This document shows, in pieces, positions 1-14,545 of a DNA stretch of 64,000 nt (position 1 is the first letter of the stretch; every line of letters begins with the position of its first letter). Made by a program: the position numbers and the translations under genes. The notes under the pieces were generated by a model, which did no database searches, had not been told where the DNA came from, and worked only from the letters and a program-made list of their open reading frames with translations. Origin of the DNA: Octopus vulgaris (taxonomy: Eukaryota); NCBI GenBank assembly GCA_951406725.2, contig OX597830.1:50654001-50718000 (forward strand), written 5' to 3'.

Positions 1-611
1 TTTAATTTGGCGAAAGACAACACTTTTTGTTTATATTTGGAATATTCTGTCTTAGTCTTTTGAGCAATACTAATTTTTCCCACTACCGAAATCGTTAGGA
101 GTTTGGATAAAAGGTGCATTTATTAAATCAGTCTTAAAATGTATACACTATATTAACTGTTGTTCAGTTGTTAAGACGTATGATTCCCTGTAAGTACGTC
201 AATACATGCAATGTAAGGAAAGTGTAAACTTCGTCCATTAGATTCTGTAGCCAATTCCCATTACACATCTGTAATAATTAAATTTTAATCAAATACATTT
301 GAAAGCAAGAAATATAAAATGTTAGTGTGTTCTTAGTGTTATTTTCCTGATGAAATCACTTCAAATTATCCTGAGGTTACATAAGCAAACAAGAAATCCT
401 CTAGGTGAGTAAGCGAACTTCTCGAATCCACAACAAGTCAACCATCAATCATACATGATCGACGTAATTCTTTAGGGATGCATTATGTAATACAGTCGTA
501 CGCATTCCCACAACAATGACGTGATGCTCACTACCAGAATATCTGCAATCGTTGGTCTAGTCAAACATATTTGGCTTGGATATAAGCCAACCAAACAAAA
601 CTTTGAAGTTG

Positions 612-657
612 CATTTCGCTGATGACTTAAAATAAAGCGAAAATATTTTCCGAGTTG
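612..657 (+). ncRNA. Hammerhead ribozyme-like motif (type I, degenerate stem II)
   Basis: catttcg-CTGATGA-cttaaaataaagc-GAAA-atattt-TC-cgagttg. Stem I ttcg/cgag, canonical CUGAUGA and GAAA boxes, UUC cleavage triplet, palindromic stem III region. Stem II ctt/aag appears to lack the G10.1. Confidence 0.5.
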
Positions 658-1397
658 TCGCCCGTTTTTGTTTCAAACACTTGCAATATGACACTAATCA
701 CAGACTACTTTAATTCAATTCTCTCCTAGAGTTCAACTCACCAACGTTCCATGTAATATATATGCGGCTATCCATTTAATTGTTTGCTCTCATACAGATG
801 GCGTCTGAGAATTATGTAATTTCCACATAATCCTAATATTTGCTGTAAAATTGATGGTAAATGTCAGGAATAATTTGATAATGCTTGTCTCATTCTTGAC
901 TCCGGACTAATATTCATATGACAGCAGCTGTAATAAGTATATGATTTGAGATTTTATGTGTAACGGTGAAAACAATTTCATAACTATTCTGTCTACAGCA
1001 TATGAGCTTAGTTTACAATGTGAAAACATATTGTGCTTGGGAATATGTGTGCGTGCGCACGTATTCGTGAGTATGTGTATGTATGTATGTATGTATGTAT
1101 GTATGTATGAATGTATGAATCTATGTATGAATGTACGTACGTGCGTATATATGTGTATATATATATGCATATATATATATATATGTATGTACGTATGTAT
1201 ATATATTTATATAAATGTGTATATATATATATATGTATATGTATATAAATGTACCTACAAATACATTTATACGCAAATATGCATATAAATATAGATATAA
1301 AACATGCACATACATGCACTCATATATATATATATAGGTATAAATACACACACTTACATACACATACAAGCATATACATACGTCCACATACACGCAG

Positions 1398-1438
<41 letters not shown>

Positions 1439-1715
1439 TATATATATATATAAATATATGTATATATATATATGTGCGCGCGGGTGTGTAAATATATATA
1501 AATTATATAATTATATATATTTATATGAATGTATGTATAAGATGCATACTAAAAGAAACACAACAGATTCGATTCAATGCAGATCTGATCTGTAAAGATT
1601 TTTTTCTGATTGATGAGAATATTGATTCAATCCAAATCTTCTGATGTCTGAGAAAAACTATTATTTATTTATTGCATTTATATATATATATATATATGAG
1701 TGTGTGTGTGTGTGT

Positions 1716-1842
<127 letters not shown>

Positions 1843-2178
1843 TATGCGTGTATAATTGTAAGTGTGTATGTGCATTAGTATCCACTTGCATACTACAACG
1901 ATGGCGACAATATGCAGATGATTGGCTGGTTCTAATGCGAGATTATTTGGAATCAGACTGTCTGTCCTATGAAGAACGTGTCTTTCCTTAGACATATGGA
2001 CTGTTACCCCCCAATTATAATATCAAACGATTTTCAATACTCGATTGAAAGTTGGACGCAGACATGGATCTAGTGGAATTCTAAGCAAAGGTTAATTGTT
2101 ATGCAATCTCATTCGAGATAGAGAATTTTCAGTGCATACATCCATAAATGCATACATGCATCCATACATGTATGTATG

Positions 2179-2224
<46 letters not shown>

Positions 2225-2239
2225 ATATATATATATATA

Positions 2240-2417
2240 GGGAGAATTCAGGAAAAAACAATAGACGAAGACAGGTGGTGTACATAACAAACAGATGTAT
2301 TAGTATAACGCTCAGGAATTGAAAACGTCTTTTACTTTTCGAGCCTACGCTCTTCTACAGAAAGGGACACAGAAAAAACAAGGAGAGAAACACAGAGAGA
2401 AAATTGTGTGTCGTGGC

Positions 2418-2418
<1 letters not shown>
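2240..2418 (-). mobile_element. Penelope-like terminal (pLTR) fragment with variant hammerhead motif, between (TA)n tracts
   Basis: Reverse complement of the copy at 53660-53818. Contains cttt-CTGTAGAA-GAGC-GTAG-GCTC-GAAA-ag-TA-aaag on the minus strand (2329-2364). Confidence 0.55.
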
Positions 2419-2500
<82 letters not shown>

Positions 2501-3392
2501 ATATATGCATGTATGTATGTATGAATATATTTAGTATAATTTGGTTAAAAATCTCGTAACATGCGTTCAAGAATTCTCATGTCGTTATTTAGCTCTGATG
2601 TTGGTATTTGGTTATCCTAGAGTATATCCTAGGACCGGATACACATGCAGTACTCTTCTTTGCTTAAAATTGATGCATGGATAATATAACACGTGGATAG
2701 TAACAACTAACTGCTGATTTTAGCATCTAGGAATCGAACTCACAATTTTATAACACTAAGCCTATCTCATTAAGCATTAGGCCTGGAAATATTTGGTTAA
2801 TTGGTTGAGCTTATTGAAATAATCTATATCTAATTGCCGTTTTTAGCATCTACAATTTGCATCCAATTTGCATCGATTTAAATATGCCTCAATTTTGTTT
2901 TCTTTTCGTTTGTAAATTTCAATATAGTATGATGGTTAATGTAGGATGAAATCAATAGTGAACCTATAAACAATACTAGTTTTTGTTCTTACTAACATTA
3001 CATAATGCTTATCAAAGATGAAAAGAAAAATAACAACGTCGTTGGTGCGCACAGATGTATTATGTATAGCAACTCAGTATATTTATGACCTTATATAAAC
3101 TGTAGATACCATTTGCCACCACTACCACCATCACAAAACCACCAGCCCTACCACGATCACCGCCATCATGCTCAGGTTCATTATCATTTTCAACATCATA
3201 GTTTTATCATAAATATGATCATCATCATCATCATTAATGTTGTTGTTGTTGTCGGTGGTGGTGGTGGTGGTGGTTGTGGTGGTGATGCTTTTTGTGTTGT
3301 CGTTACTGTTTTTTCTTCTCTTTATGTTATTACTGGCACTATAGATGTTTGTTTGTATGCGTGTGTGTTTGTTTGTGTGTGAGTGTGTGTGA

Positions 3393-3437
<45 letters not shown>

Positions 3438-3539
3438 CTTTATTGTTGTTTTCTTATCCATCACTGCAGTTCCTGATAAGATATTTATACCATTTTGATT
3501 TACTAGAAAGCTGAATCTTTATGAAGAATAGAATACAGA

Positions 3540-3800
3540 GCCTTGTAAATCTTTTGAACTGAATGCTTCAATAGATTTCTGATTGAGATATGGAAACAAA
3601 TGGAAAGAGAGAAAAATAATCACAAAAGAATCAGAAATGGATAAACAAGAATCATTAAAAAAAAATGCGAATTCAAGAATTTATAAACAGTTCAAGAATG
3701 TTGGATCGTATTCATGAATTATTCCATTCTTTTAGTGAAAGCGTTCAAAGTTATGTTAATATAGACAATGATGGGTTTGAAAAAGTTGATGACGAATTTT
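3540..3800 (+). pseudogene. Possible Tc1/IS630-type transposase C-terminal relic
   Basis: Mixed-frame translation ..[54 protein letters not shown] resembles the PIENxWxxxKR / LvxSmpxRxxxvixxxG end of Tc1 transposases. Weak. Confidence 0.25.
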
Positions 3801-4036
3801 CTATGTATGTATGTATGTATGTATGTATGTATGTATGTATGTATGTATGTATGTATGTATGTATGTATGTATGTATGTATGAATGGATGCATGGTTGCAT
3901 GTATTTATGTATGTATGTAGGAATGGATGCATAATGCATGTAGGCATACACAGGAATGAAAGGATGTATGTATGCATCAATAATATATATATATATACAC
4001 ACATGTATATATATAAATATGCGTATATATACATAT

Positions 4037-4150
<114 letters not shown>

Positions 4151-5399
4151 CTAGAATTTATTCGTTAATAATAAAGAATTTAATGATGTATAAAGTCAAT
4201 ATCTTTCCTTTGAAACATCTTTTAATGTTTATTCTATGGAGTTTGATTACATATTTTTTATCACACGATTCGTTGCATAGAACTTTGACTTCATAGTAAA
4301 ATTGTGCTTGTAGAATATGCAGTATCTTAATACGGTCGCAAGAGTGTATAGTACAGTAACCAGCATTTGATTGTGATATATAACTCTTTCTAAGAGAATA
4401 GTTTCTTTTGTTGCATTTGTGTATATAAAATGCGCGTTTAATTGTTGCAGATGTATTAATGCCATTGAATTGGTTCACAAAATTATGCAAGTGTCTGCAG
4501 TTGATTACGTCCAGCGAGTATCTGTATTTCTCTCATTTGGTATGCAACATCTCAGTTACGCTTGATAAATTTTTCAAACAAATACCAATTGACTGTAAGA
4601 CACAATTACGAAATGATAGTAACGTTTTCAGTTTTTAACGACTTCGTGGTAAAAAGAAAAGTATGAAAAATATGTGTCTATGTGTGTGTGTGAGTGTGTG
4701 TAGCTGCTCTTTGTAGATGACTATTCTTGTTGCTTCTAAAGCTTGAACATTTTCAAAGAATCGCACACTCCCTGTCGGCTGCCGCAAAGCCCGTTGTTCG
4801 TTCAATCACCACAAAGAGCTCAGCCATTTTGCACCAAAACAGTCATAGATGTTTTCAAACATGTACAACTGTGGAACAAAGTATTTATGTCAGGGGGTAA
4901 ACCTTGTATACTAGGCAGATAAGACAGATTGTTTCCTTCGACATTGTTTTCACAAAATGTGTGTGATTAAGTGGCAGGATATGATATTCAATAAAGGTCC
5001 AATCCCGTGGTACAATCAGTGGCCTGTTCGGGTTATAAATGTGGAAATATGTCATTAGAATGAAGGTGTAATTTCCTTCGCGAATACAACAGCTAATAAT
5101 GGTATCTTGGGGACATTTTGTACAAGCAGCAACTCTTGAAGCAGTCTTTTATTGAAGCACTTGTACAGAAAATCTGAAAGATATACAAAGCTACCTAACC
5201 TGATTAAATTTACCTGTACTACTTTTGTAGCTGTCCTGTTACCTTATTATATTTGTACAATACCTGCTTCCTTTATTTGTACAATACCTGCTTCCTATAT
5301 TCACGAGAGTTCTGTCGACTCCGGGTATAATCGAGTTCACTTGCCCTAAGTTGCCACTGCGTCGAATCATGCCCAGTGTCTATTGATAAGCAATGTTAT

Positions 5400-5745
5400 T
5401 CTTAATCAGACAGTTATACATTATATATTTTTCTGAACACAGGAGATGCTGCAATACAATATAAATATTATCTGGTTCAAATTCCAATATTAACCGCTTC
5501 ATTGTAATGCAATGGGGCAAAGTGGAGCTTGGTAATACTCTCAAAAACAACATTTCCTGGACTGTCTTGACCAGCAGAATGTAGTCATAAGTCCTTGAAA
5601 CTTCCCCAGCTACAGATCCCGAAACGATCATCCATATCTTTACTAACTTTACCGTGTCTCATCTGGAATACGCTTTCCAGGAGTGGTCTTCTTGTAGCAA
5701 TCAAAATATTATCAGAATTGAAGCAGACAGAAATAAAAATAAGTG
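5400..5745 (+). mobile_element. CR1/L2-clade LINE relic, C-terminal part of ORF2
   Basis: Translation [37 protein letters not shown] matches the LYxxLVRPHLEYxxxVWSP..I..LE motif after the RT domain of CR1/L2 elements. Confidence 0.5.
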
Positions 5746-5984
5746 CTACGATATGTGTACAATATGAAAAATATTCCATGAATAATGACATAACGATTTC
5801 CGTAACAACCTTAAAAATAAACCAGGGTTGCGCTCTCGTGATACACGAGACTTTCAGAACAGTGTGTCACGTCATTGGAACAATATTATATATATATATA
5901 TATAGGTGTGTGTGTATATATTTATATACATACATATATATATACATATGTATACATATATACATATGTATACATATATGCATA

Positions 5985-6044
<60 letters not shown>

Positions 6045-6334
6045 CGAGGACATATATACCTCTCAAAGTGGTGTGTCAGCAACCGAGTTCCTCGGTTATG
6101 ATCCAGTGTATCGGTGAAGTATTAAAAAGATGTTTGCTTCTCATCGATGCAAGTTGGTATATTAACATTTATGTAGAAGAAAACGTAGTAGAAATCGACA
6201 GAGAGACATCAATTTATTAATAGAACTGCAATTACAAATAATCTCAACCGAGATTATTCTATTAATAAATTGATGTCTCTCTGGCGATTTCTCCATTTTA
6301 TTTTCGCATACATACAAACATACATACATACACA

Positions 6335-6434
<100 letters not shown>

Positions 6435-6739
6435 CATATTTGAGTAGTTGAATGAATTATTTTATTAAGGATAATTCGAAAGATAACCGATGCCTGGGTA
6501 GCAAATTCACACCAGAAAGAACACGGTTGAAGCTACGTCCCTAGGGCATAGATATGTCGAGAATAAAGGATATTTATTAACTAGTCGTTCAACTCCATTC
6601 TTTCATGTACTTATATATATACATATATAATGTGTATACTATACACACACACATACGCGCACGCATACATGCTCACACACACATACACATACACACATAC
6701 ACACACATACACACACACACACATACACAGAGGCTGTTC

Positions 6740-7490
6740 GGGCTGGATTTGACGAACTTTTGTATTGCAGAAGAGCCAACGCTTTTTGAGAAAAAAAATG
6801 ATTAAATTTGCAATTGAAAAAAAGTTTAGCTGACACATGCAGGACGGGAACCCATCTGAATCTTGCAAAAGATTTACCATAGTTGATATGAAAATGCTGT
6901 CGTCATGGTTGATGCTGAATGCTCTGTGAACATTGAATAAAGCTGTACAACGAGACATAGACCGCTGTAATGAAAGCTGTAAACGGTCGCCGGCAGAATG
7001 AAGCGCAGCAGGAGTTCTGGTTGTTTCCACACGCCGGAAGTTATCCCCAAACTGATAAAACAGGGCCTTAAGCTCAATTCGGATAACTGTACGAAGCTAC
7101 TAGACACTGTGGTTCATGCCGGGCTGAAGCGTTGTTGCTGCTGGGCAGCCATATGTGTGGGAGCAGGATTTGATTCCCTGCCTCACCCACCAGAAAGAGT
7201 CAGAAGTGATTGTCGGAGGATTTCTGCGACTTTACCAACCTCGATTTCTGGGTTTCTAATCCCACCACTTGTAATCCCATGGTTGAAAAACACACCAACC
7301 GCTCTGTCCCATATGTGTGGGAGCAGGATTTGATTCCCTGCTTCACCCCCAGAAAGAGTCAGAAGTGATTGTCGGAGGATTTCTGCGACTTTACCAACCT
7401 CGATTTCTGGGTTTCTAATCCCACCACTCGTAATCCCATGGTTGAAAAACACACCAACCGCTCTGTCGGCAACACCAATGATACTGTGAA
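6740..7490 (+). mobile_element. Tc1/mariner (DD37D/maT-like) transposase relic with internal tandem duplication
   Basis: QGLKLNSDNCTKLLDTVV..AAGQPYVWEQD..RKSQK*LSEDFCDFTNLDFWVSNPTTCNPM..EKHTNR resembles maT GLRLN..YVWQQDSAPCH..WPPNSPDLNPMDY..EKDTNR. Frameshifts and stops present. Confidence 0.7.
7149..7467 (+). repeat. Direct tandem duplication of ~160 bp (7149-7308, 7309-7467)
   Basis: Two near-identical units ccatatgtgtgggagcagg...ccaaccgctctgtc. Confidence 0.95.
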
Positions 7491-7494
7491 TCCC

Positions 7495-10185
7495 AGTTGG
7501 CCTAGAAAAATATGCTTCACTAGTAAGTACATACGCACTAACACTTGGTTCTACAGATACAGCTAAAGATAAATTCTATTCTGATTTACGAATATTACCA
7601 GACCGAATTCCCAGTCAAGATAATTTTTTTCCTCTGATGAGATTTTAACGCCCTTGCTGGAATAGGTTATCATTCTTGGTCGAATATTTTTAGTAAGCAT
7701 GATCTTGGCAAAATGAACTCTGATCGACTCTTGCTACTATCCTTGTGCAGTGAGTTTGAAATTCCTGTCACAAATATGCTTTCGGAATAGTCCAATAAAA
7801 GCAATATAGCTTTGTATAGTGCTAGAGCAGGTCATGGTCACTCGATTGACTGCGTAATTGTTGGAAGCCGAGCTATAAAGATGTCAAATTCACACGTTCT
7901 TTCCATAAAACAGAATGCAGATGTGACCGAACGATGTTTTGTAGTAAGGTCAAAATGACACCAAAGCCGGCCATAAAACAAAACCATAAGGAGACTTGAT
8001 ATTTCAAAGCATAAAGTAGATAACAACAAGGATTTTTCTCGATGAAACACGTAATGAAAAGTTTTATTTTGTTAGAATCACAGAAAATAGAAAAGAATTA
8101 TGGGCTCAACTTAGAGATATTATGCATAAGTCAGCAGAGAAATTCTTGGGTTTTCATGCTGTAGAAACCAACATTGGCTTCATGAAAATGATAAGGTTAC
8201 AAATGAACAGGTTCAAGAAATGTACGTCACAAAGAATGTATTGCAGATAAGAAGTGCTAGAAAGAAAAAGCTTTACAACTCTGCCAAATAATCTGTACAA
8301 ACTAAATCCCGAAAATGAATTAAAAGTGATGCGCTCATAAGGTTAAAGCTCTGCAAGAATGAACTGTTAAACATGAAAAGACAGGTCTTTATCAAAATTT
8401 GAAGCGGGTGTTTGGTCCAAGTAAAGAAGGGTGCTCTCCTGCCCTTTCTAAAGAAGGGAATATTCTCAGAGATTCCAATTGCATATTGAAAGGCTGAGCA
8501 GAGCATATTAAAGCTGTACACAATACGGATACAAACGTTAACATGAACCCAATCAGTAATATCCCACAAAGTCCGAGAAATAACTTTCTTCCACTGGGTC
8601 CAAATATGAATGAAGAGGAAGTGGTTATAAAACAATTGACAAATGAAATAGTTCAGGAGCGGATGGTATTCCTGGAGAAAGGAATAGGCGAGCTGGCAGA
8701 AACGTTAGCAGGCCGGGCGAAATGCATAGCGGTATTTCGTCTGCCGTTACGTTGTGAGTTCAAATTCCGCCGAGGTCGACTTTGCCTTTCATCCTTTCAG
8801 GTTCGATAAATTAAGTACCAGTTACGCACTGGGGTCGATGTAATCGACTTAATACCTATGTCTGTCCTTGTTTGTCCCCTCTGTGTTTAGCCCCTTGTGG
8901 GTAATAAAGAAATAGGTATTCCTGGAGAAATTTATAAATATGGCGGAAATATTTTGATAAATAAATTGACAGGGCTTTTAGTCCGAATTTGGCAACTAGG
9001 AACTTTCCCCCAACAATTTAAAGATGCAACGACCGTGCATCTGTATTGCTACAAAAATAATAAGTGTTAATGGGACAATCATCGTGGCATGTTGCTGCTG
9101 TCCGTTGCAGGAAAATCCTCTTTAGAGACAAACACAATTAACATTGACCTAGTCGGTTCTGTCCATTCAGAGAGTCAATGTGGGTTTAGGTCAGGTCGAG
9201 GGAAAGTGGATATGATATTCAGTATGCGACAGATTCAGAAGGCCCAGCAGCACAATAAAAAACCTTTGTATGGTATTTGTTGACCTTAGAAAAGCATTTT
9301 ACTCTATGTCGGCAGGCCTTATGGAAACATCGAGCTTCTCGAACAAATGCTAAATGTCATAGTGTCTCTACATAAATATATAGAAGCATTGGTTCTCCAA
9401 AGTGGCGGTCAGACTCAGTCCCTTGATGTTATAAATGATACAATCAATGCTGTGTTTGTGACAAGCGTTGCTAAACTCCAGAGCGAGGTTCAAACTCGTA
9501 ATGTGAAGGCTAGTATAGCTTTTGCGAAATTTTATAATCGACTTTGGACTGCCAATGATATCTTTGTAAGGACAAAAAGTCAGTTGTCGTAACAACTCTT
9601 CTATATGCAGCAGAGACCTAGACAACTCATTGTAAGTACATCTGTTAGTTGAACTACTTTCATTTCAGACGTCTTTGGCAAATATGCGAGGTTAGATTGA
9701 AGAATAGCACTCTTCGGGAAATATATAGAATACATGGATTAGAAGACTTCCGATTTCTTAATCAAGTCTTAGATTTGATGGTATGGACACATCCATTGCA
9801 TGAACAGAGGTCAAATAATAAAATAAATCTATTATCGTCCGCTTGTAAATTTACGAAGCAATGTAGGCCAGCCAGCTCTACGTTTTAAAGACAAATTAAA
9901 AGATAATTTGAAACACTTCAGTATTAGGAAAGAAAAGTCAGGAATCTTGCAAGAAACCGTGCAGTATGGAGGAATGAGTGATTTTTTTCAGTTTCAAACT
10001 TTCGAAAGTCAAATGATGCAACATCAAGAGTTGTTAGTTACAGGGAGATAGAAAAAGAAAGCAACAGAACAATAATCTTCCCCAAACCACCATTGTCCGT
10101 ATTGTGATTTCACAGCTAGATCACATACTGGTTTAATAAGTCATGCTCATATCCATATTCCTGTGCTGCCCTGAGGACGCACATG
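7495..10185 (+). mobile_element. RTE-clade LINE, 5'-truncated and decayed (APE endonuclease + reverse transcriptase pseudogene)
   Basis: EN motifs SLVSTYALTL..KDKFYSDL, DFNA, LLLLSLCSEFEIPVTN, HSIDCVIV. RT motifs GADGIPGEIYKYGG, FPQQFKDATTVHLY, NHRGMLLLSVAGK, ESQCGFRSGRGKVDMIFSMRQIQ, VDLRKAF. C-terminal CPYCDFTARSHTGLISH zinc finger. Many stops, frameshifts and an internal deletion. Confidence 0.9.
8687..8914 (+). mobile_element. tRNA-derived SINE (family A, Tx1-like tail) nested in the RTE relic
   Basis: Head ggcgagctggcagaaacgttagc, B-box gagttcaaattcc, core gtcgactttgcctttcatcc, tail agccccttgtgggtaataaagaaata. 16-bp TSD ggtattcctggagaaa at 8665-8680 and 8915-8930. Confidence 0.95.
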
Positions 10186-10318
10186 TGGAGTGATCGGGTG
10201 AAGTGAATAGATTGTAAATATTGGTGAATAATAGTGCTAGTGTGAATGTGTTGTTGATTGCTTATTTGGTTGGATTTTTTTCTGTATTCTCGCTGAATAC
10301 CCATACGTCGACTTCGAC

Positions 10319-10382
<64 letters not shown>

Positions 10383-10383
10383 T

Positions 10384-10429
<46 letters not shown>

Positions 10430-10544
10430 GGAATACCAAAAATGACAAGGACGGGTCATTCGCAGTTTTCTTTCTTTAGTCGAGTTCCAGATAATCTTTG
10501 CAATTTCGGCTGGTTATACTCAATTAAATCAAATGGTAGAATGC

Positions 10545-10690
10545 TCAAACGGTACTAATTTTGACAGCCCAGAAAGGATGAAAGGCAAAGTCGACCTTGG
10601 TGGTATTTGATCTCAGAACATAAAAAAAGAAATGATGAAATAACACGAAGTATTTTTGTCCAGAGTGGTAATGATTTTGTCAGGTCGTCG
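10545..10690 (-). mobile_element. Old diverged copy of the same SINE head/core
   Basis: gaaaggatgaaaggcaaagtcgaccttggtggtatttgatctcagaac matches the reverse complement of the SINE core. Confidence 0.7.
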
Positions 10691-11177
10691 ATTGCTTGGA
10701 ATGTAATAAAAGTATATGTAGAAAAAGAAAACCCCACTGATTTGGCATAATGTAAAATCGATGGTTTTATTAAGTCATTAATTTTTTTTGTGTACATTGA
10801 ATAATTTTATACAAGAAAAAAAAAGACAGTCGTTTAGTATTGTGGAATGTTAATGGTTATATTGATTATAGAACTAGTTAGTGTAATAATAAGTTTATTA
10901 GTATATTACTATATGAGAACATTAGTATGCAATGGAGGAGATCTTTCTAATTGACTTCGTTTGCTTTCGTTATTGGTTATTGATCTGTTACTGTTTCGTG
11001 GGCGACGGTTCAACAGACTGTGGAACGCACGCAGATACACACGGATATTCTATTTCTCTCTCTGTGTGTGAGTGTGTGTGCGTGTGTGTATTTCTGTATG
11101 TATGTGTATATATATATATATATATTTATACATGCGCACACACACAGACATATATATGTGTGTGTGTATATATATAT

Positions 11178-11215
<38 letters not shown>

Positions 11216-11218
11216 TAT

Positions 11219-11307
<89 letters not shown>

Positions 11308-11640
11308 TAGACTCATACACACACCCTTGTTTGCGCTCTTCCGCTTGCACTTCGCTCGGCAGCAGTTGTCATCGCAGTTTTGGTTGTTGTTGTTGTAACT
11401 GATAATGAAGAAGAAAAAGAAGAAGAGAAAAAGCAGGAGGAGAAGAAAGTGAAGAAGTGGGGGTGATGAAACTTTAAATAACGTAAAATAAAAATTGGTT
11501 AAAGAAATTGGATGATAAGATGAAAATAAAACAAAATATTGTTAAATGTCGATTAAAATAGGTTAATATGAGAAATATATCGCAGCAGCGACTGCTGCTA
11601 CTACTACTACTATTATAATTATTATCATTATTACTATTAC

Positions 11641-12430
11641 ATTCAAATTTTGGCACAAGGCCAGCAGTCTCTGGGAAGAAGCTAACTCGGTTACATTGAC
11701 CTTAGTGTTCAGCTGGTATTTATTTTATTGACTCTTAAAGTATGAAAGTCAAAATCAACGTCGACGGAATTTGAACCCAGAACATGCACACACGGATGTA
11801 AAGATACCAAGTGTTTAGCTCAGTGCGGTAACAACTCTGCCAACTAACCGCCTCGAGGATTACTATTAATATAGGAAATAATATTAATAATAATCCTTTC
11901 TACTATCGGTACAAGGCCTGAAATTTGTGAGGCAGGCGGCTAGACGATCACATCAACCCCAGTGCGTAACTGGTAATTATTTCATCGACCCCGAATGGAT
12001 GAAAAGTAAACTTAGAACGTAACCACGGACGAAACGCCTGGCGTGCAAAAGATTCTTATTTCTTTATTGCCCACAAGGGGCTAAATATAGAGGGGACAAA
12101 CAAGAACAGACAAAGGGATTAAATCGATTACATCGACCCCAGTGCGAAAAAATGAAAGGCAAAGTCGACCTCGGGGGAATTGGAACTCAGAACGTACAGG
12201 CAGACGAAATGCCGCTTAGCATTTCGCCCAATGCGCTAACGTTTCTGCCAGCTCGCCGCCTTCCCAGTAGTAATAATAATAATAGTAATAATGTTTTAGA
12301 TCTTAACACAAGATTAGCGAATCAAGGCGGGGTTACTCGATTACATGAACCCCAGTACTTTTACTTGTACTTTATTTTATCGACCCCGAAGGATGAAAGG
12401 CGAAGTTAATCTCTGTGGGATTTAGTATAT
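11641..12430 (-). mobile_element. Cluster of 3-4 stacked/nested SINE copies with three different tails
   Basis: 11641-11853 (tail ggccttgtgccaaaatttgaat), 11890-12055 (tail ggccttgtaccgatagtagaaaggattatt), 12056-12262 (tail agccccttgtgggcaataaagaaata), 12290-12430 old copy. Confidence 0.85.
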
Positions 12431-12589
12431 AGAATGCTTCAAAACAATTAAGCAATTTTCTGACGTAAACGATCAATTGTCTGGTCGTCTGCTAGGGACT
12501 ATTCATAGCGGTAATAGAATAAACGTAGTCGTGCAGTTAAAGGATGGAAAAAATAATGTATACAAACAAAGTAGTAGTTAGACATATGC

Positions 12590-12990
12590 TTAACTATTTC
12601 ATGTTTATGAGATCTATAAAATGGAAAGATAATAATATGAAAACAATTCTTACGAAAAGAAATTTTATTGGTGAATAAGAAACATGTGGGGAAACTCTGC
12701 TAAAGTTGGTAGAAATCCACCAGAAACGTTGGACTAGATCATAAAAATTCAACGCAAGACTTGCGTTCAAATTGCTATTCCTGTTGTTACTCGTGAGTAG
12801 CTTTGGTGTCAAGCAAGTTAACAGACATCTCAGGTGCTCAAGGTAATTGTACATTAGCTGATCGAAGACCAGTAGCGTAGTGTGATTTTTAAAACTACCC
12901 AAGACCTCCTGTTGTATATTGGGTGATCTGAGTTTGGTTGTCTTTAGACACTCTAATGTGGGTGTCATTAGCAGTCCCAACTTAGCTTTA
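12590..12990 (-). mobile_element. Possible CR1-like LINE 3' relic
   Basis: ORF-track peptide YNYLEHLRCL...KFLFVRIV resembles CR1 SYEERLxxL...FFSxRVV. Highly decayed. Confidence 0.3.
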
Positions 12991-13347
12991 TATTACCTGA
13001 TCATACCGGACCAGTTTGGTGTATGATCAGCTGATACGGAGTTTATGATTCGAATGTTTTATTTCATAATCAGAAACCGTCTGACCGTGAATCAACATTT
13101 TACTGCACATTTCCAATTCCTTTCGTTTTTTTATTATTCAGTAGCTCTATGAGTTCTTCAGTATTTTCGACGAAGAGCTGAGCTAAGCATCTGGGAAATC
13201 GGCCTTATGAGCCTATAGCTCGAGTAGGACCTTTAATCCCATTTGATGCCAGTGTGTGTTTGTATGTGTACATAAAATATATGCGTATATAGATATAGAT
13301 ACATGCATACGTCAATTACACCTCTATATGTGTCTATATATACATGT

Positions 13348-13427
<80 letters not shown>

Positions 13428-13517
13428 GTGTGTGTGCAGACAGATGTACCAAATGTGAAATAAATAAAGTTTGATTGCTATAAAGGCTTATTAAACCGGA
13501 CAATTTTGTGTAACGCG

Positions 13518-13549
<32 letters not shown>

Positions 13550-13594
13550 TGTATATATATATATATATGTATATAAGCACACACTTACATACAC

Positions 13595-13627
<33 letters not shown>

Positions 13628-13796
13628 CTCACACACACATACATACCTTGTCCCACCAACTTCACAACAACCTTCTACAGCTGACACACCGCTATATATA
13701 TTTATATGTGTGTGTGCTTCACACAAATAATTTTATATCTAGAAACTTTTTATGCTTTTCACACATATTCTCACGCAGACGCGCTTTTAAACATCT

Positions 13797-13835
<39 letters not shown>

Positions 13836-14229
13836 CACGCACACGCACACGCACACAAACAAACACCCTTTAATTCTCACATATCCTCGTATAACCGCTT
13901 TAATAGCTTCATCGAACTATTTGATTTTACAATCTATATTTCTGATGTGAATATTCAATGTTAAAATTGTGTTTATTTTTTTATTATTTTTTATTGTATC
14001 ACTTCCCAACTAACTGTTTTCCCCCTCTTTTTGTGGATATTTCCATCTATTTTATATTCTGTATTTTTAAAATTACTTATTTAAACTCTATCTGATATTT
14101 TTTTACCATCTGTTTCGGTCGAAGCTTGCCAAAATATTAAATAAAAGAAGCAAATATGAATATCTGATTCTGGAAGGATATTTTGACGTTTATTGGATAA
14201 AAATGATAATTTATTTGCAAATTCTGGTG

Positions 14230-14245
14230 TTTATTATTATCATTA

Positions 14246-14278
<33 letters not shown>

Positions 14279-14332
14279 TCATCATCATCTTCATCATCAC
14301 CATCCTTATCGCCATTCTCTTCATCATCATCG

Positions 14333-14389
<57 letters not shown>

Positions 14390-14441
14390 CCATCCTTATC
14401 GTCATTCTCATCATCATCGTCATCATCATCATCATCATTCG

Positions 14442-14476
<35 letters not shown>

Positions 14477-14490
14477 GCTTTTATTATTGC

Positions 14491-14524
<34 letters not shown>

Positions 14525-14545
14525 GTCATTATTGTTGTTGTTACC
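14230..14545. repeat. Compound (CAT)n/(TAT)n trinucleotide microsatellite
   Basis: Direct reading; source of the poly-H/D/S/I pseudo-ORFs. Confidence 0.97.

Noticed and set aside
1900-1990. QYADD peptide resembling the RT catalytic YADD motif
   Set aside because: No flanking RT motifs in frame; probably chance.
8687-8780. tRNA-like A/B boxes
   Set aside because: These are SINE heads with no cloverleaf, not tRNA genes.
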